DNA from: an uncultured delta proteobacterium | GTDB lineage: Bacteria; Desulfobacterota; Binatia; DP-6 | Length of the DNA: 64,000 bases | Assembly (NCBI GenBank): GCA_963815115.1 | Contig: CAWFFN010000008.1 | Span: forward strand, 672,001-736,000 | Direction: 5' to 3' | Shown: one piece after another, positions 22,889 to 31,897 of the stretch | Position numbering within the stretch: the stretch's first letter is position 1 | Layout of the letters: each line of letters opens with the position of its first letter | Made by a program: the position numbers and the translations under genes | Notes under the pieces: generated by a model | Seen by the model: the letters and a program-made list of their open reading frames with translations, nothing else | The model's database searches: none | What the model was told of the DNA's origin: nothing

Positions 22889-23340
22889 CGACCACCGATC
22901 ACCACGGCTGCCACGGCCCGAACGCCGACTGGGAGCAGGTCGGCCGCGCCGCCGAGCGCTTCGCCCGCCGGGTTGCGGATGACGCCAAGCACTTCGCGGA
23001 GCGGGTGGAGGAGCATGTGGTCTCCTTCGCCCGGGATCTGCGGAAGGAGTGGCGGGGGGCTGGCGGGGCCGGGGCCGCGGGTCCTGGCGAAGAGATGCGC
23101 CGCATGTTCGACGACGTGGGCGCAATGGTGCGCGGTGTCGTCGACGGCGTCGACGAGCTGATCTCCGGGCTGTTCAAGGAAGCCGAGGGGGAGTGGGCGC
23201 TGGTCGTCCTCAATCGCGATGCCACGTGTGGTGGGTGCGGGAAGACGGCGAAGACGGGCAGCGAGGCGTGGGTGCGGAGGTCGGCGGTGGGGACGGAGTT
23301 CAGGTGCGGGCAGTGCGGCGTGCCGGGGGAGAAGCCGTAG
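22885..23340 (+). CDS. Helical protein with paralogous C-terminal Zn finger
   Basis: GAGGAGG RBS, ATGA overlap; CGGC..CGQC. Confidence 0.72.
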   Translation: MTTTDHHGCHGPNADWEQVGRAAERFARRVADDAKHFAERVEEHVVSFARDLRKEWRGAGGAGAAGPGEEMRRMFDDVGAMVRGVVDGVDELISGLFKEAEGEWALVVLNRDATCGGCGKTAKTGSEAWVRRSAVGTEFRCGQCGVPGEKP

Positions 23341-23387
23341 GCCGCGATGGGCACAAAGGTGCCCTCGAGGCGCTCGACTCGGTGATT

Positions 23388-23462
23388 GGTAGCAGAGCGG
23401 TAGCAAACGCGGGTCAAACGGGCGCGGTCCCTGGGCTACGTGTCCGCTACCGAAGTGCTACC
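23388..23462. repeat. Two inverted pairs of 11-bp-spaced heptamers (arm-site-like)
   Basis: GGTAGCA at 23388 and 23399; CGCTACC at 23445 and TGCTACC at 23456. Confidence 0.6.
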
Positions 23463-23533
23463 GGGTGTGGCGCGAAGGAGACGACCGTAGTCTCTCATGC
23501 GGGATCAGCGTGAGGCGCGCTAGTCCTCCAGAC

Positions 23534-23562
23534 TTGACCATCATGACCATGCTCGCGATACT
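23534..23562 (+). promoter_or_regulatory. Sigma70 promoter/operator of the vapBC pair (probably leaderless)
   Basis: TTGACC-17 nt-GATACT, 6 nt before the ATG; TGACCAT direct repeat. Confidence 0.55.
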
Positions 23563-23568
23563 GCCGCC

Positions 23569-23838
23569 ATGGCGCGCTCCTATCCCGTCCATGAGGCCAA
23601 GGCGAAGCTAAGCGAGATTCTTCGCAAGGTGAAGCGGGGACGTGGCGTGGTGATCTCGGACCGCGGACGAGAGGTTGCCCGCGTTGTCCCGATCGAGACG
23701 CCGAAGGCGCTCGGCGAGCGTATCGTCAGGTTAGAGGAAGAGGGGTCCATTCTGCCGCGAGACGGAAGCGCCATGCTGATCAGGCCCGTTGCACGTCGCC
23801 GGGGAGCCTTGCGCCGCTTTCTCGAGTCGCGGGCGTGA
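23569..23838 (+). CDS. Phd/YefM antitoxin
   Basis: YPVHEAKAKLSEILRKV..VVISDRGREVARVVP. Confidence 0.88.
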   Translation: MARSYPVHEAKAKLSEILRKVKRGRGVVISDRGREVARVVPIETPKALGERIVRLEEEGSILPRDGSAMLIRPVARRRGALRRFLESRA

Positions 23839-24227
23839 GTATTGCCTACCTGGACACCTCGTTTTTCATCGCGATCGTCCTCGGGGAGCCCGGGGCCGCC
23901 CGCCTGCAGCGGACCCTCGCCGCGCAGGATCGCGTCCTGACGGGCGATCTCCTGGTCGCCGAGGCCCTTGCTGCAGCAGTGCGCGAAGGAGTTGAAATCG
24001 AGCTCCTGCGTCCGGCGCTGAGTGCCGTCACGCTCGTGCTGCCCTCACGATCCCTCGAAGAGGAGATGCGGCAGGCGCTCGAGTTCGGCCGGCTGCGCGG
24101 CGCGGATCTCTGGCACGTCGCCTGCGCGTTGTTCGTGGCCGGGTCCGCGCGCGGCGAACTCAGGTTCCTCTCGCGTGACAGCGTGCAGCGGACTGTCGCG
24201 AGGAGACTGGGGTTCCCCACCCCGTGA
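23835..24227 (+). CDS. vapC: PIN-domain toxin
   Basis: YLDTSFF, LRGADLWHVACAL, FLSRD; GTGA overlap. Confidence 0.85.
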   Translation: MSIAYLDTSFFIAIVLGEPGAARLQRTLAAQDRVLTGDLLVAEALAAAVREGVEIELLRPALSAVTLVLPSRSLEEEMRQALEFGRLRGADLWHVACALFVAGSARGELRFLSRDSVQRTVARRLGFPTP

Positions 24228-24365
24228 AACGCCACCTACGTGCCGTGGTGGCAGTCCCATCGCGTCAGGTCAGCCGAGAGCTGCTGTCGCGAAGCCTTGC
24301 GGGCTCGTCCAGGGTTCGGTACTTGTTGCACCTCGCCGGCGCGGGAGGTCGAGGCTCCGGCGAAT

Positions 24366-24438
<73 letters not shown>

Positions 24439-24635
24439 CTCTCGGGCGTCAGCCTGCCGGTCGAAAGATGGTGATGGCGCCCTCCAGGAGGGATGCGCTC
24501 ACGTCGGTGCGGCGGAGCAGGGTGTGGAGCATCGAGAAGATGAAGCTTGAGTTCGAGGCAGGGCTGGCCGCCGCTGGACGCGCCCGAACGGCAGTGGAGG
24601 TGAATCTCTGGCCCTGAGTCGCGCCGAGCGGGAAC

Positions 24636-24974
24636 GTGCACGAGGCGATCCACGACGCGCGCCCGACGATGGCCTTCTACGGGGGCATCAAACAGTACGA
24701 ACCCTTCTTCGAGGCCCACGGTTTCGGAGACGTCGCGCGGCGTCTGCAGGCGGGCGTACAACGGGGCGACTACCTGAGCGTGGCCCCTCTGGTCCCGGAC
24801 GAGATGGTTCGCGCGTTCGTGGCGGTGGGGGTCGGCCGACGAGGTGCGCTCGCGGGTCGAGTCGCTCCGGACCTTCGCCGACTCCCTCTGTCCGGTGCCG
24901 CCGGTGTACGGCTGCCGTTCGAAAAGATCGCCCGCTACCACAACGCGATCGCACACACCCTCTACCCGGCATGA
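24636..24974 (+). pseudogene. C-terminal fragment of an LLM-class flavin oxidoreductase (frameshifted)
   Basis: AFYGGIKQYEPFFEAHGF..LVPDEMVRAFVAVG; no N-terminus. Confidence 0.7.
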
Positions 24975-25019
24975 AAGGCGCCGCCACGGCTTTGAGCGGG
25001 CGGCTCCCCGGATCCCGGT

Positions 25020-25175
25020 TTCCGGGCGCGAAGGGGACCGTCGCCGCTGCACCACGTCCCGCCAGCAGCATGCCGCGGAGAGTGAAACCCTCGATGCCCT
25101 GCTCGTCGATGAGCGCGAGCGTGGCGTTGAGCAGCGCTCCGGCGCAGCTCGCCATGGTGCCAGCTCGCGCCATCG
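25020..25175 (-). pseudogene. TetR regulator N-terminal remnant
   Basis: HHGELR / ALLNATLALIDEQGIEGFTLRG split across frames. Confidence 0.6.
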
Positions 25176-25294
25176 CCGCGTTCGTCCGTAGCCTTCTCTT
25201 GACAATGTCGAGCCACCGAAGGCATCTGAACGACGTCAAGAGCGGCCGGGAGGACGTCGACGTCGCCCCCGGCGCGACCAGGGGAGGACAGTCC

Positions 25295-26530
25295 GTGACC
25301 CCCAAGCCCGGCGTCAGGTGGCCCAGCGTGCCGTTCGAGGAGTACGCCGGCCGCATCGCGCGAGCGCGCGAGTGTCTGGCGCATCACCGCCTCGACGCGA
25401 TGATCCTCTTCTCGCCCACCAACTGGTGGTACTACGGCAACTTCACCGATGCCGCGCAGATGCACAACGCCATCTGGCGCACCGCGATGATCGTCTCGCA
25501 GGAGCGTGACCCGGTGGTGGTGACTGACACCTCGTTCGTGTGGACCTTCATGCACACCTCGTGGGTGGAGGACGTCCGCTACCATAGCGCCGCGCCGCAC
25601 CCGCAGGTCAGAGCGATGCGCGCCGACGACGACTTCTATCGTCTGCTCTTCGACACGGTGCGGAACCAGGGGCTGGCGCGCGGGACCATCGGGCTCGAGA
25701 CCGGCGCGGACATCGCCACCTACCTCTCGGTGGACGAGTACCGGAAGATCTGCGACGCGCTGCCTGACGCGACGATCGTCTCGGCGGACGACACGATCTT
25801 CGCCCAGCGCGCCATCAAGACATCCCACGAGCAGGCGATCATCCGCGAAGGCGCGCGGCGCTCCTGCCTGGCCGTGCGGGCGGCGTTCGATGCCATCCGG
25901 CCCGGCATCAGCGAACGCGAGGTCCACCGCGCGTTCTGGCGCGCCGCCGTCGACCTCGACCTCGTCGAGTCGCCGTATCAGGGCAACTGGCTCTGCTTCT
26001 CCACCAACGCCGGCGAGACGGTCTTCGGGCAGCGCTGGATCACGGGACCCGTCGATCGCATCATCCGTGTCGGCGACTACGGCAACAGTGACAGCGGGCC
26101 CTCCTACAAGATGTATCAGTTCGACTTCCAGCGAGCCTTCTACGTCGGCCCGCCGCCGCAGGAAGTGCTCGACTGGTATGCCATCGGCCGCGACGCACTG
26201 TACGAGACCATCGACGCGGTCAGGCCCGGCGTGCGGGCGGGAGACCTCTTCGAGACGTCACTGCGGGCGGTGACGAGGCGTGGCGCGCCCGAGCACCCGA
26301 TCTGCTTCATCGGTCACGGCGAGGGGCTCGCGAACCACGAGCCACCCTGGCTGGTTGCCGGCAACCCCGCGGTCATCGCGCCGGGCATGGTGCTGGCGAT
26401 CGAGGTCGGCGCCTTCCACGAGAGCACCACGTACGTTGGCGCGATGCCCGAGGAGCTCGTCCTGGTCACCGACACGGGCATCGAGAACCTCACCGCTCAC
26501 ATGTCCACCGAGCTCTACGTCGTCACCTGA
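25295..26530 (+). CDS. Xaa-Pro peptidase / creatinase (M24) family protein
   Basis: EYAGRIARAR, RAIKTSHE, DFQR, GHGEGL..HEPP, EELVLVT. Confidence 0.9.
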   Translation: MTPKPGVRWPSVPFEEYAGRIARARECLAHHRLDAMILFSPTNWWYYGNFTDAAQMHNAIWRTAMIVSQERDPVVVTDTSFVWTFMHTSWVEDVRYHSAAPHPQVRAMRADDDFYRLLFDTVRNQGLARGTIGLETGADIATYLSVDEYRKICDALPDATIVSADDTIFAQRAIKTSHEQAIIREGARRSCLAVRAAFDAIRPGISEREVHRAFWRAAVDLDLVESPYQGNWLCFSTNAGETVFGQRWITGPVDRIIRVGDYGNSDSGPSYKMYQFDFQRAFYVGPPPQEVLDWYAIGRDALYETIDAVRPGVRAGDLFETSLRAVTRRGAPEHPICFIGHGEGLANHEPPWLVAGNPAVIAPGMVLAIEVGAFHESTTYVGAMPEELVLVTDTGIENLTAHMSTELYVVT

Positions 26531-26713
26531 GCGCGCAGCGCCGGCAGCCACCTTGCGCACGCTACAAAACAGCGCAGGGCGAATGGAAAACGGCCATGCT
26601 CGCGCGGAATCATCGCGGCGGCTGAAGCGAAAGCGGAGCACTGGACAGCGGCCGCCTGGTCGCTGGAACGCCGCCCTCTCCAGGATCAGAGACGACCGAG
26701 ACGGCAGAGAGGA

Positions 26714-27421
26714 TTACAGCCGTACCGTGTACTCCATGCCGTCTCCGAGGAACAACGTCACCGAGAGAAAACCGTTGAGGGGATCCTGCACGTACGCGAC
26801 GTAGGGTGCGAGCGCCCACCGAAACGTGAAGATATTGTCGGCCAGCACCACGGCGCCCCGCCGCAGACCAGGCGTGAGCATCTTGAGCATCGAGAGGTAG
26901 AGCTGCTTGAAGCCATCGAGGAGCACCATGTCGACCGTCCCGCCGGGATCCTTTAGGGTCTCCTGCGCGTCCCCTTCGCGGATCTCGACGAAGGTACTCA
27001 GGCCGGCCTCCTCGAGGTTGCGGCGCGCGGTCGCGACCTTTCCCGGTTCGAGTTCGGAGCCCACGACGACACCGCCGCCGTTGTCGCGCACCGCCGCGGC
27101 CAGGTACGTCGTCGAGATGCCAAAGGAGGTGCCGAACTCGACGATGCGTTGAGCGCGCAGGGAGCGCGCGACGAGATACAGGAGCTGGCCCTGCTTTGGC
27201 GACACGGGCACGTAGAGATCCTTGAGACGCTCCACCTCCTCCGCCACGGACGGTTCGTGGCCACGGAGCTTGTCGCCGACGAATGACCCCAGCAGACGGA
27301 CCAAGCTCAGGGTTTGCTTGCCCGCGTCCGCGTGCAGGCGATCGAGCACCCTCCGGACGCGCGGGTCGGCGATCGCGCACGGCGCACGGCTCGACGAGTC
27401 CTGTGGGCCGCGTCCGCGCAA
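26714..27421 (-). CDS. Class I SAM O-methyltransferase, 5' end interrupted by IS256
   Basis: VEFGTSFGISTTYLA, GDAQETL, LLDG, LADN; native start MTQD lies at 28727 beyond the IS. Confidence 0.85.
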   Translation of the reverse strand: MRGRGPQDSSSRAPCAIADPRVRRVLDRLHADAGKQTLSLVRLLGSFVGDKLRGHEPSVAEEVERLKDLYVPVSPKQGQLLYLVARSLRAQRIVEFGTSFGISTTYLAAAVRDNGGGVVVGSELEPGKVATARRNLEEAGLSTFVEIREGDAQETLKDPGGTVDMVLLDGFKQLYLSMLKMLTPGLRRGAVVLADNIFTFRWALAPYVAYVQDPLNGFLSVTLFLGDGMEYTVRL

Positions 27422-28715
27422 GTGGTGTACGGGCGCCTCGCGGCACCCTCACGTGATCGCTAGGCGGCGCGCTTCGACTTCGTCTCCTTCGGATCGGGCG
27501 CCGGCAGCGAGACCGGCGCCGGCTTGAGCAGCCCGTCCACGGTCAGGTAGCGGCGCACGACCGCCCACTCGTCGTTCTGCTCGGCGAGGACCGCGCCGAC
27601 CAGCCGCACCACGGCGTCGCGATTCGGGAAGATGCCGACGACGTCCGTCCGCCGCTTCAGCTCGCGGTTGAGCCGCTCCTGCGGATTGTTCGACCAGATC
27701 TGCCGCCAGTGCTCCTTGGGGAAGCCGGTGAAGGCGAGTAGGTCTTCGACGGCATCGGCCAACAGCCGCGCTGCGTCCGGCCACCGCGGCTCGAGCTGTT
27801 CGACGACGCGCGCGTGCTGAGCCCGCGTGAGCTCGGCGTCGGGCTGCGCGAAGATCGCCCGGACGAGCGTCGCGACCAGGCTCTGCGCGCTCTTCGGCAC
27901 CTTGGTCAGGAGGTTGCGCATGAAGTGGGTACGGCACCGCTGCCACGCCGCGCCGGGGAGCGTCGCGGCGAGCGCGGTCCGCAAGCCGGTGACGATCTCG
28001 AGCCCGAGCACTTCCCGCTTGCCCTCCGCGTTCACGCCGACCGCGACCAACGCCGCGACGTGCACCGTGCGCCCGCCCTCTCGGCACCGCAGCGCGACGG
28101 CGTCCAGCCACACGTAGGGATACGACCCACCGTCCAGCGGCCGTTCCCGGAAACTCGCCACCATGCCGTCCAGGCTCTTCGCCAGCTCCGACACCTGGGA
28201 CTTCGAGAGCCGCGCAATGCCCAGCGTCTGCACCAGGTCCTCGACCTTCCGGGTCGAGACCCCGAGCACATAGCTCTCGGCCACGACCGCGACGAGCGCC
28301 CGTTCCGCCCGGCGCCGCGGCTCCAGCAACCAGCCGGGAAGTACGTGCCCTGGCGCAGCTTCGGCAGCGCCAGGTCGATCGTCCCGAGCCGCGTGTCCCA
28401 CGGTCGGGTCCGGTACCCGTTGCGGGCGTTCACGCGCTCCGCCGTCCGCTCGCCGTACCCCGCGCCGCACAGGGCATCCACCTCCACCGCCATCAGCTTC
28501 GACACCGCTTCCGTCAGGATCTCGCGCAACACATCCGGTGCCGCGCTCTCCAGCATCTTGTGCAGCACCTCAACTCCCGCCATCCTCTCCTCGGCCATCG
28601 CGTCCTCTCCTCCGTCCTCTCGTTGGGCAACGAGTTCGAAGGAGGGTGCCGCGATGGCCTTCGTCTATCCAGCCGCCGCTACCGGGCCTCGTACACCACG
28701 TCGGCGGACACTAAC
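27406..28715 (-). mobile_element. IS256-family element, defective
   Basis: 25-bp imperfect TIRs (GGCCGCGTCCGCGCAAGTGGTGTAC vs GTTAGTGTCCGCCGACGTGGTGTAC); 8-bp TSD GTCCTGTG at 27398 and 28716. Confidence 0.92.
27460..28598 (-). pseudogene. IS256 transposase with frameshift (~28335) and internal deletion
   Basis: RNGYR..WDTRLG, YVWLDA, WQRCRTHF, NPQERLNRELKRR; the segment with the second catalytic Asp (..ISDAH) is missing. Confidence 0.9.
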
Positions 28716-28829
28716 GTCCTGTGTCATCTGACGGGGGCCGATCCGCAGGTACACGGGCGCTGTCGCCATCGCAAGACCCGATGAGATTCGGCGCTCATCG
28801 AGAGTCAATAGCGCCGCATCACCTGCTCG

Positions 28830-28972
28830 GCGCTTCACCTGCGCGGCCTGGTCGCGAAGATTCCCCGCTCGCGCCGCTGGCGGATTACCCAATTGGGACA
28901 CGCCGTCCTGAGCGCGGCCATCCAGCTCAGCGAGGAGGCGTTCCCCACCGTCTTTCTCAAGACCGCCGCGTG
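28830..28972 (+). pseudogene. C-terminal winged-helix remnant of a probable transposase-like gene
   Basis: LRGLVAKIPRSRRWRITQLG..FPTVFLKTAA*. Confidence 0.45.
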
Positions 28973-29084
28973 ACGCGGCAAAGATCTCCGCACGCTGCAG
29001 AGAACTCGGACAGGAAAACTCCACAGGCCCAAAAAGGCGCGCCCGTGCTGTCTGTGGGATCGCGCGCGCTCCGCGCCAGCGTCC

Positions 29085-30347
29085 TCAGTGTCCGAACAGG
29101 GTGGAGGGGGCCCACAGGATGCTCTTCCACCGCTCGATGATCGGCTCCGGCGTTCCGTGCCCGTGCCGGCCTGCGCGTGGGACATAGCGCACCTGCAACG
29201 CATACTCGTCGCAGAACTGGGCGACCCGGTCCGGCGGACAGTTGACGGGACTGGTGGCGCTCGCGAAATCGGGCGCAGCGATCAGGTTGCGATAGACGGC
29301 GATGCCGGCTGCCGGCGCGAACTGCAGGTTGTTGCCGAGGAACTCGGCGACGTCACCCTCGAAGACGGACGGACCGGAGATCAGGCAGTTGCGGTACCCG
29401 GGTATCGGGCACTGCGGCGCGATGACGACGTCGAAGTACCCCCCAGCGTCCACCTGCACCTCCTCATCGCGCAGGCAGGCCATCGGTCGGGTGAAGGCGG
29501 TGCTGCAGAGCGACCAGTAGCGTGTCTGCTCGGAGCCGTCGCTGCGGCCGAGGTCGTTGACGGCGTCTTCCCGCTGTCGGCGGTACGTCGGGGCCCTGCC
29601 GCTCATGACCACATTGCCCTTCGTCATGTCGTAGAAGAAGAACAGATAGGCGTTATCCTGCGTAGCCGCAGTACCGGCGCCGCCCCCCGCTCGGGTAAGG
29701 GCCGGGGGGCTGCCGATGCCGTCCGGGCCGACCCGATCGGACTCGCCGGAGATCTTTCGCAGCACCGCGTCGGTGGCGTGCCAGCGCGGCGGGCATCCGT
29801 CCGCGCCGACGGGATCCAGCGGACTCCCCGGGGTCGGCGGGCCGGACTGGTCCCCGATCGCGCGGTACGAGACCTTCGGGAGCTCGACCCCGCCGCAGAC
29901 GTCGCCCTCCGGCTCATAGATGCGGTAGAAGATCAGCACCGTGAACGGTGCGACGGATGGGGGCACCGTCAGGCAGTTCTGGACGCCCGTGCAGCTCTGC
30001 CGAACCACGACCTCGTACGTGCCGTCGGGATTTGTCTGGATCTGCGTGTCGTTGAGGCTCGAGAGCTCCGTGCGGCGGGTGCTCACCACCGCGAAGCTCC
30101 AGTAGCGAGCCCGCGGGGCGTTCCCACGCAGCACGGTCTCGCTGCCTTCGGGAGCGTTCCCGTACGAGCGCCAGATCGTCGTGTTGAACGGGTCGCCGAG
30201 CGTGCTCTCCCCGGGCAGGTTCAGGAACTCGAAGAATCGCGGACCGGGGGTCTCCACTGCGCCGACGACCGGCGCCACCAGGCACGCACACATGCCCGCG
30301 AACGCGATCGAGCCGAGCCAGCTCCCGCGGATGCGATGTCCGTCCAT
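29085..30347 (-). CDS. Secreted protein, paralog 1 (tandem DUF1214-like repeats)
   Basis: Signal peptide; ARYWSF..NDTQIQTNPDGTYEVVV and RYWSLC..DEEVQVDAGGYFDVVI. Confidence 0.8.
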   Translation of the reverse strand: MDGHRIRGSWLGSIAFAGMCACLVAPVVGAVETPGPRFFEFLNLPGESTLGDPFNTTIWRSYGNAPEGSETVLRGNAPRARYWSFAVVSTRRTELSSLNDTQIQTNPDGTYEVVVRQSCTGVQNCLTVPPSVAPFTVLIFYRIYEPEGDVCGGVELPKVSYRAIGDQSGPPTPGSPLDPVGADGCPPRWHATDAVLRKISGESDRVGPDGIGSPPALTRAGGGAGTAATQDNAYLFFFYDMTKGNVVMSGRAPTYRRQREDAVNDLGRSDGSEQTRYWSLCSTAFTRPMACLRDEEVQVDAGGYFDVVIAPQCPIPGYRNCLISGPSVFEGDVAEFLGNNLQFAPAAGIAVYRNLIAAPDFASATSPVNCPPDRVAQFCDEYALQVRYVPRAGRHGHGTPEPIIERWKSILWAPSTLFGH

Positions 30348-30416
30348 GAGATCCTCCTTACACAGCCCCTCGACACGCGAGGGAGTCCGTCGAGCGCTCC
30401 GTCACCTCCCGGTCCT

Positions 30417-31817
30417 CTAGCGAGCCGTGATCGGCTGGCTCCGCCGCCTCCGGAAGCCACAGCCGAGGCTCTCGAACTCTGCCGGGCTCATGTACGTCGC
30501 GACCGGCAGGTAGTCGCCGATCACCTGCACCTCGGTACCCGGAACGACCACGTTCTGGATCGCCTCGGCAAAGGAGAGGTCGGGCAGCATGTTGCGCATG
30601 AGCAGCAGCCCTTGCGTCGGCCGTCCGGCTCCGTCGCCGTCCGCGCCCCAGTCCAGCCACGCCACCCCGCAGTGCGTGGTGGCGTTCGCCGGCCGATCTT
30701 CGGGCGTGCTGACGACGATCGTATAGAAGCCGTCCTCGTCGAGCGGGACCTGCTCGTCGTAGAGGCAGCCGACGGCCTGCGTCGTCACGAGCGATTCGTT
30801 CTGGCACATCGACCAGTAGCGCAGCTGCGTCCCGCCCTGCATGAACGGGTTCCGCCGGTACGTCTGTGGGGTCGTCGGCATCTTGCCGTACAGGACGACG
30901 ACGTTGTGGGCGTCGGGCGACGGCCCGAAGCGACGGTCGATCGCCGTGGAGGCGTAGGCGTTGTCGATGTTCGCCCACTGGGTCACCGCCTTGGTCGTCG
31001 GACAAGGGGGGAGGGGCAGCCCGGCGGCCGCGAAGAACGGAAACTGCAAGGTGCACCTGTTGAACGCCGCGTACCACCTCGGCGGATTCAACGCCGGGGA
31101 CGTGGGCTGTGCGCCGGGCAGGGTGATCAGCGTGTTGTAGACCGCCGGCGCCATGGTGTCGGGGGACGGGAAGCTCGTGCTGACCTGCAGCACGTCGCAC
31201 GCCTCCTGGCCGGATAGCTGCGTCCCGTCCGCGAGCAGGACCGCCGGCTCGGGCAGCCCACCGTCCCCGGCCAGGTCACGGTTCTTGTCCGGGACGTAGA
31301 CGCGATAGATGAGCTCGACCGGCTGAGCCTCGCCGGGGTTTCCCGTGCCGGCGTAGAGCGTGTTCTGCTCGCGCGGCTGGCCGGCGGACGGCGGGGGATC
31401 GCCGGTCACGGTGACGGTCCACGAGCCGGGATGCGCCGTCCGTTTCGCACCGGGGAGGAAGGGGTTCCTCGATCCCGGGTCGGGCACGATCTGCGTGTCG
31501 TGGATAGCGTCGCTCGGGACGCCCTTGTTGTCCGGCGTCGTGAAATACGAGTTCAGCGACATGTATCGTGCGTGCGGGTAGTCCGCCTGCAACCGCACCC
31601 TCGCGCCCGCCGGGAGCTGGAACCTGTTGTACCAATAGATCGCGTGTGTGTCGGGGAAGCCGATATTGAGCAGGTCGATCGTGATCGGCGGGCTCCAGAA
31701 GCAGCCGCTCGGCGGCGCTTGCGGTTGCGTGGCCGCGCCCGCCCCCCCAGGCGCGAGGACGGCCACCATGCAGGCGGCGGCGATGACCGCGACGGGCCTA
31801 CGACGTGGCTGGTTCAT
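30417..31817 (-). CDS. Secreted protein, paralog 2
   Basis: Signal peptide; YPHARYMSLNSY, DNAY, RYWSMCQNES, CGVAWLDW. Confidence 0.85.
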   Translation of the reverse strand: MNQPRRRPVAVIAAACMVAVLAPGGAGAATQPQAPPSGCFWSPPITIDLLNIGFPDTHAIYWYNRFQLPAGARVRLQADYPHARYMSLNSYFTTPDNKGVPSDAIHDTQIVPDPGSRNPFLPGAKRTAHPGSWTVTVTGDPPPSAGQPREQNTLYAGTGNPGEAQPVELIYRVYVPDKNRDLAGDGGLPEPAVLLADGTQLSGQEACDVLQVSTSFPSPDTMAPAVYNTLITLPGAQPTSPALNPPRWYAAFNRCTLQFPFFAAAGLPLPPCPTTKAVTQWANIDNAYASTAIDRRFGPSPDAHNVVVLYGKMPTTPQTYRRNPFMQGGTQLRYWSMCQNESLVTTQAVGCLYDEQVPLDEDGFYTIVVSTPEDRPANATTHCGVAWLDWGADGDGAGRPTQGLLLMRNMLPDLSFAEAIQNVVVPGTEVQVIGDYLPVATYMSPAEFESLGCGFRRRRSQPITAR

Positions 31818-31897
31818 GGATCCTCCTTCTGCCAGGCCGGCGGCCCGCTGTGCGGACCGGCTGATCAATGCACGGTGAGTGAACGCTGACATGCCCG

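Noticed and set aside
24440-24640. Integrase next to the tRNA
   Set aside because: No recombinase motifs in any frame I could read; only short gene debris.
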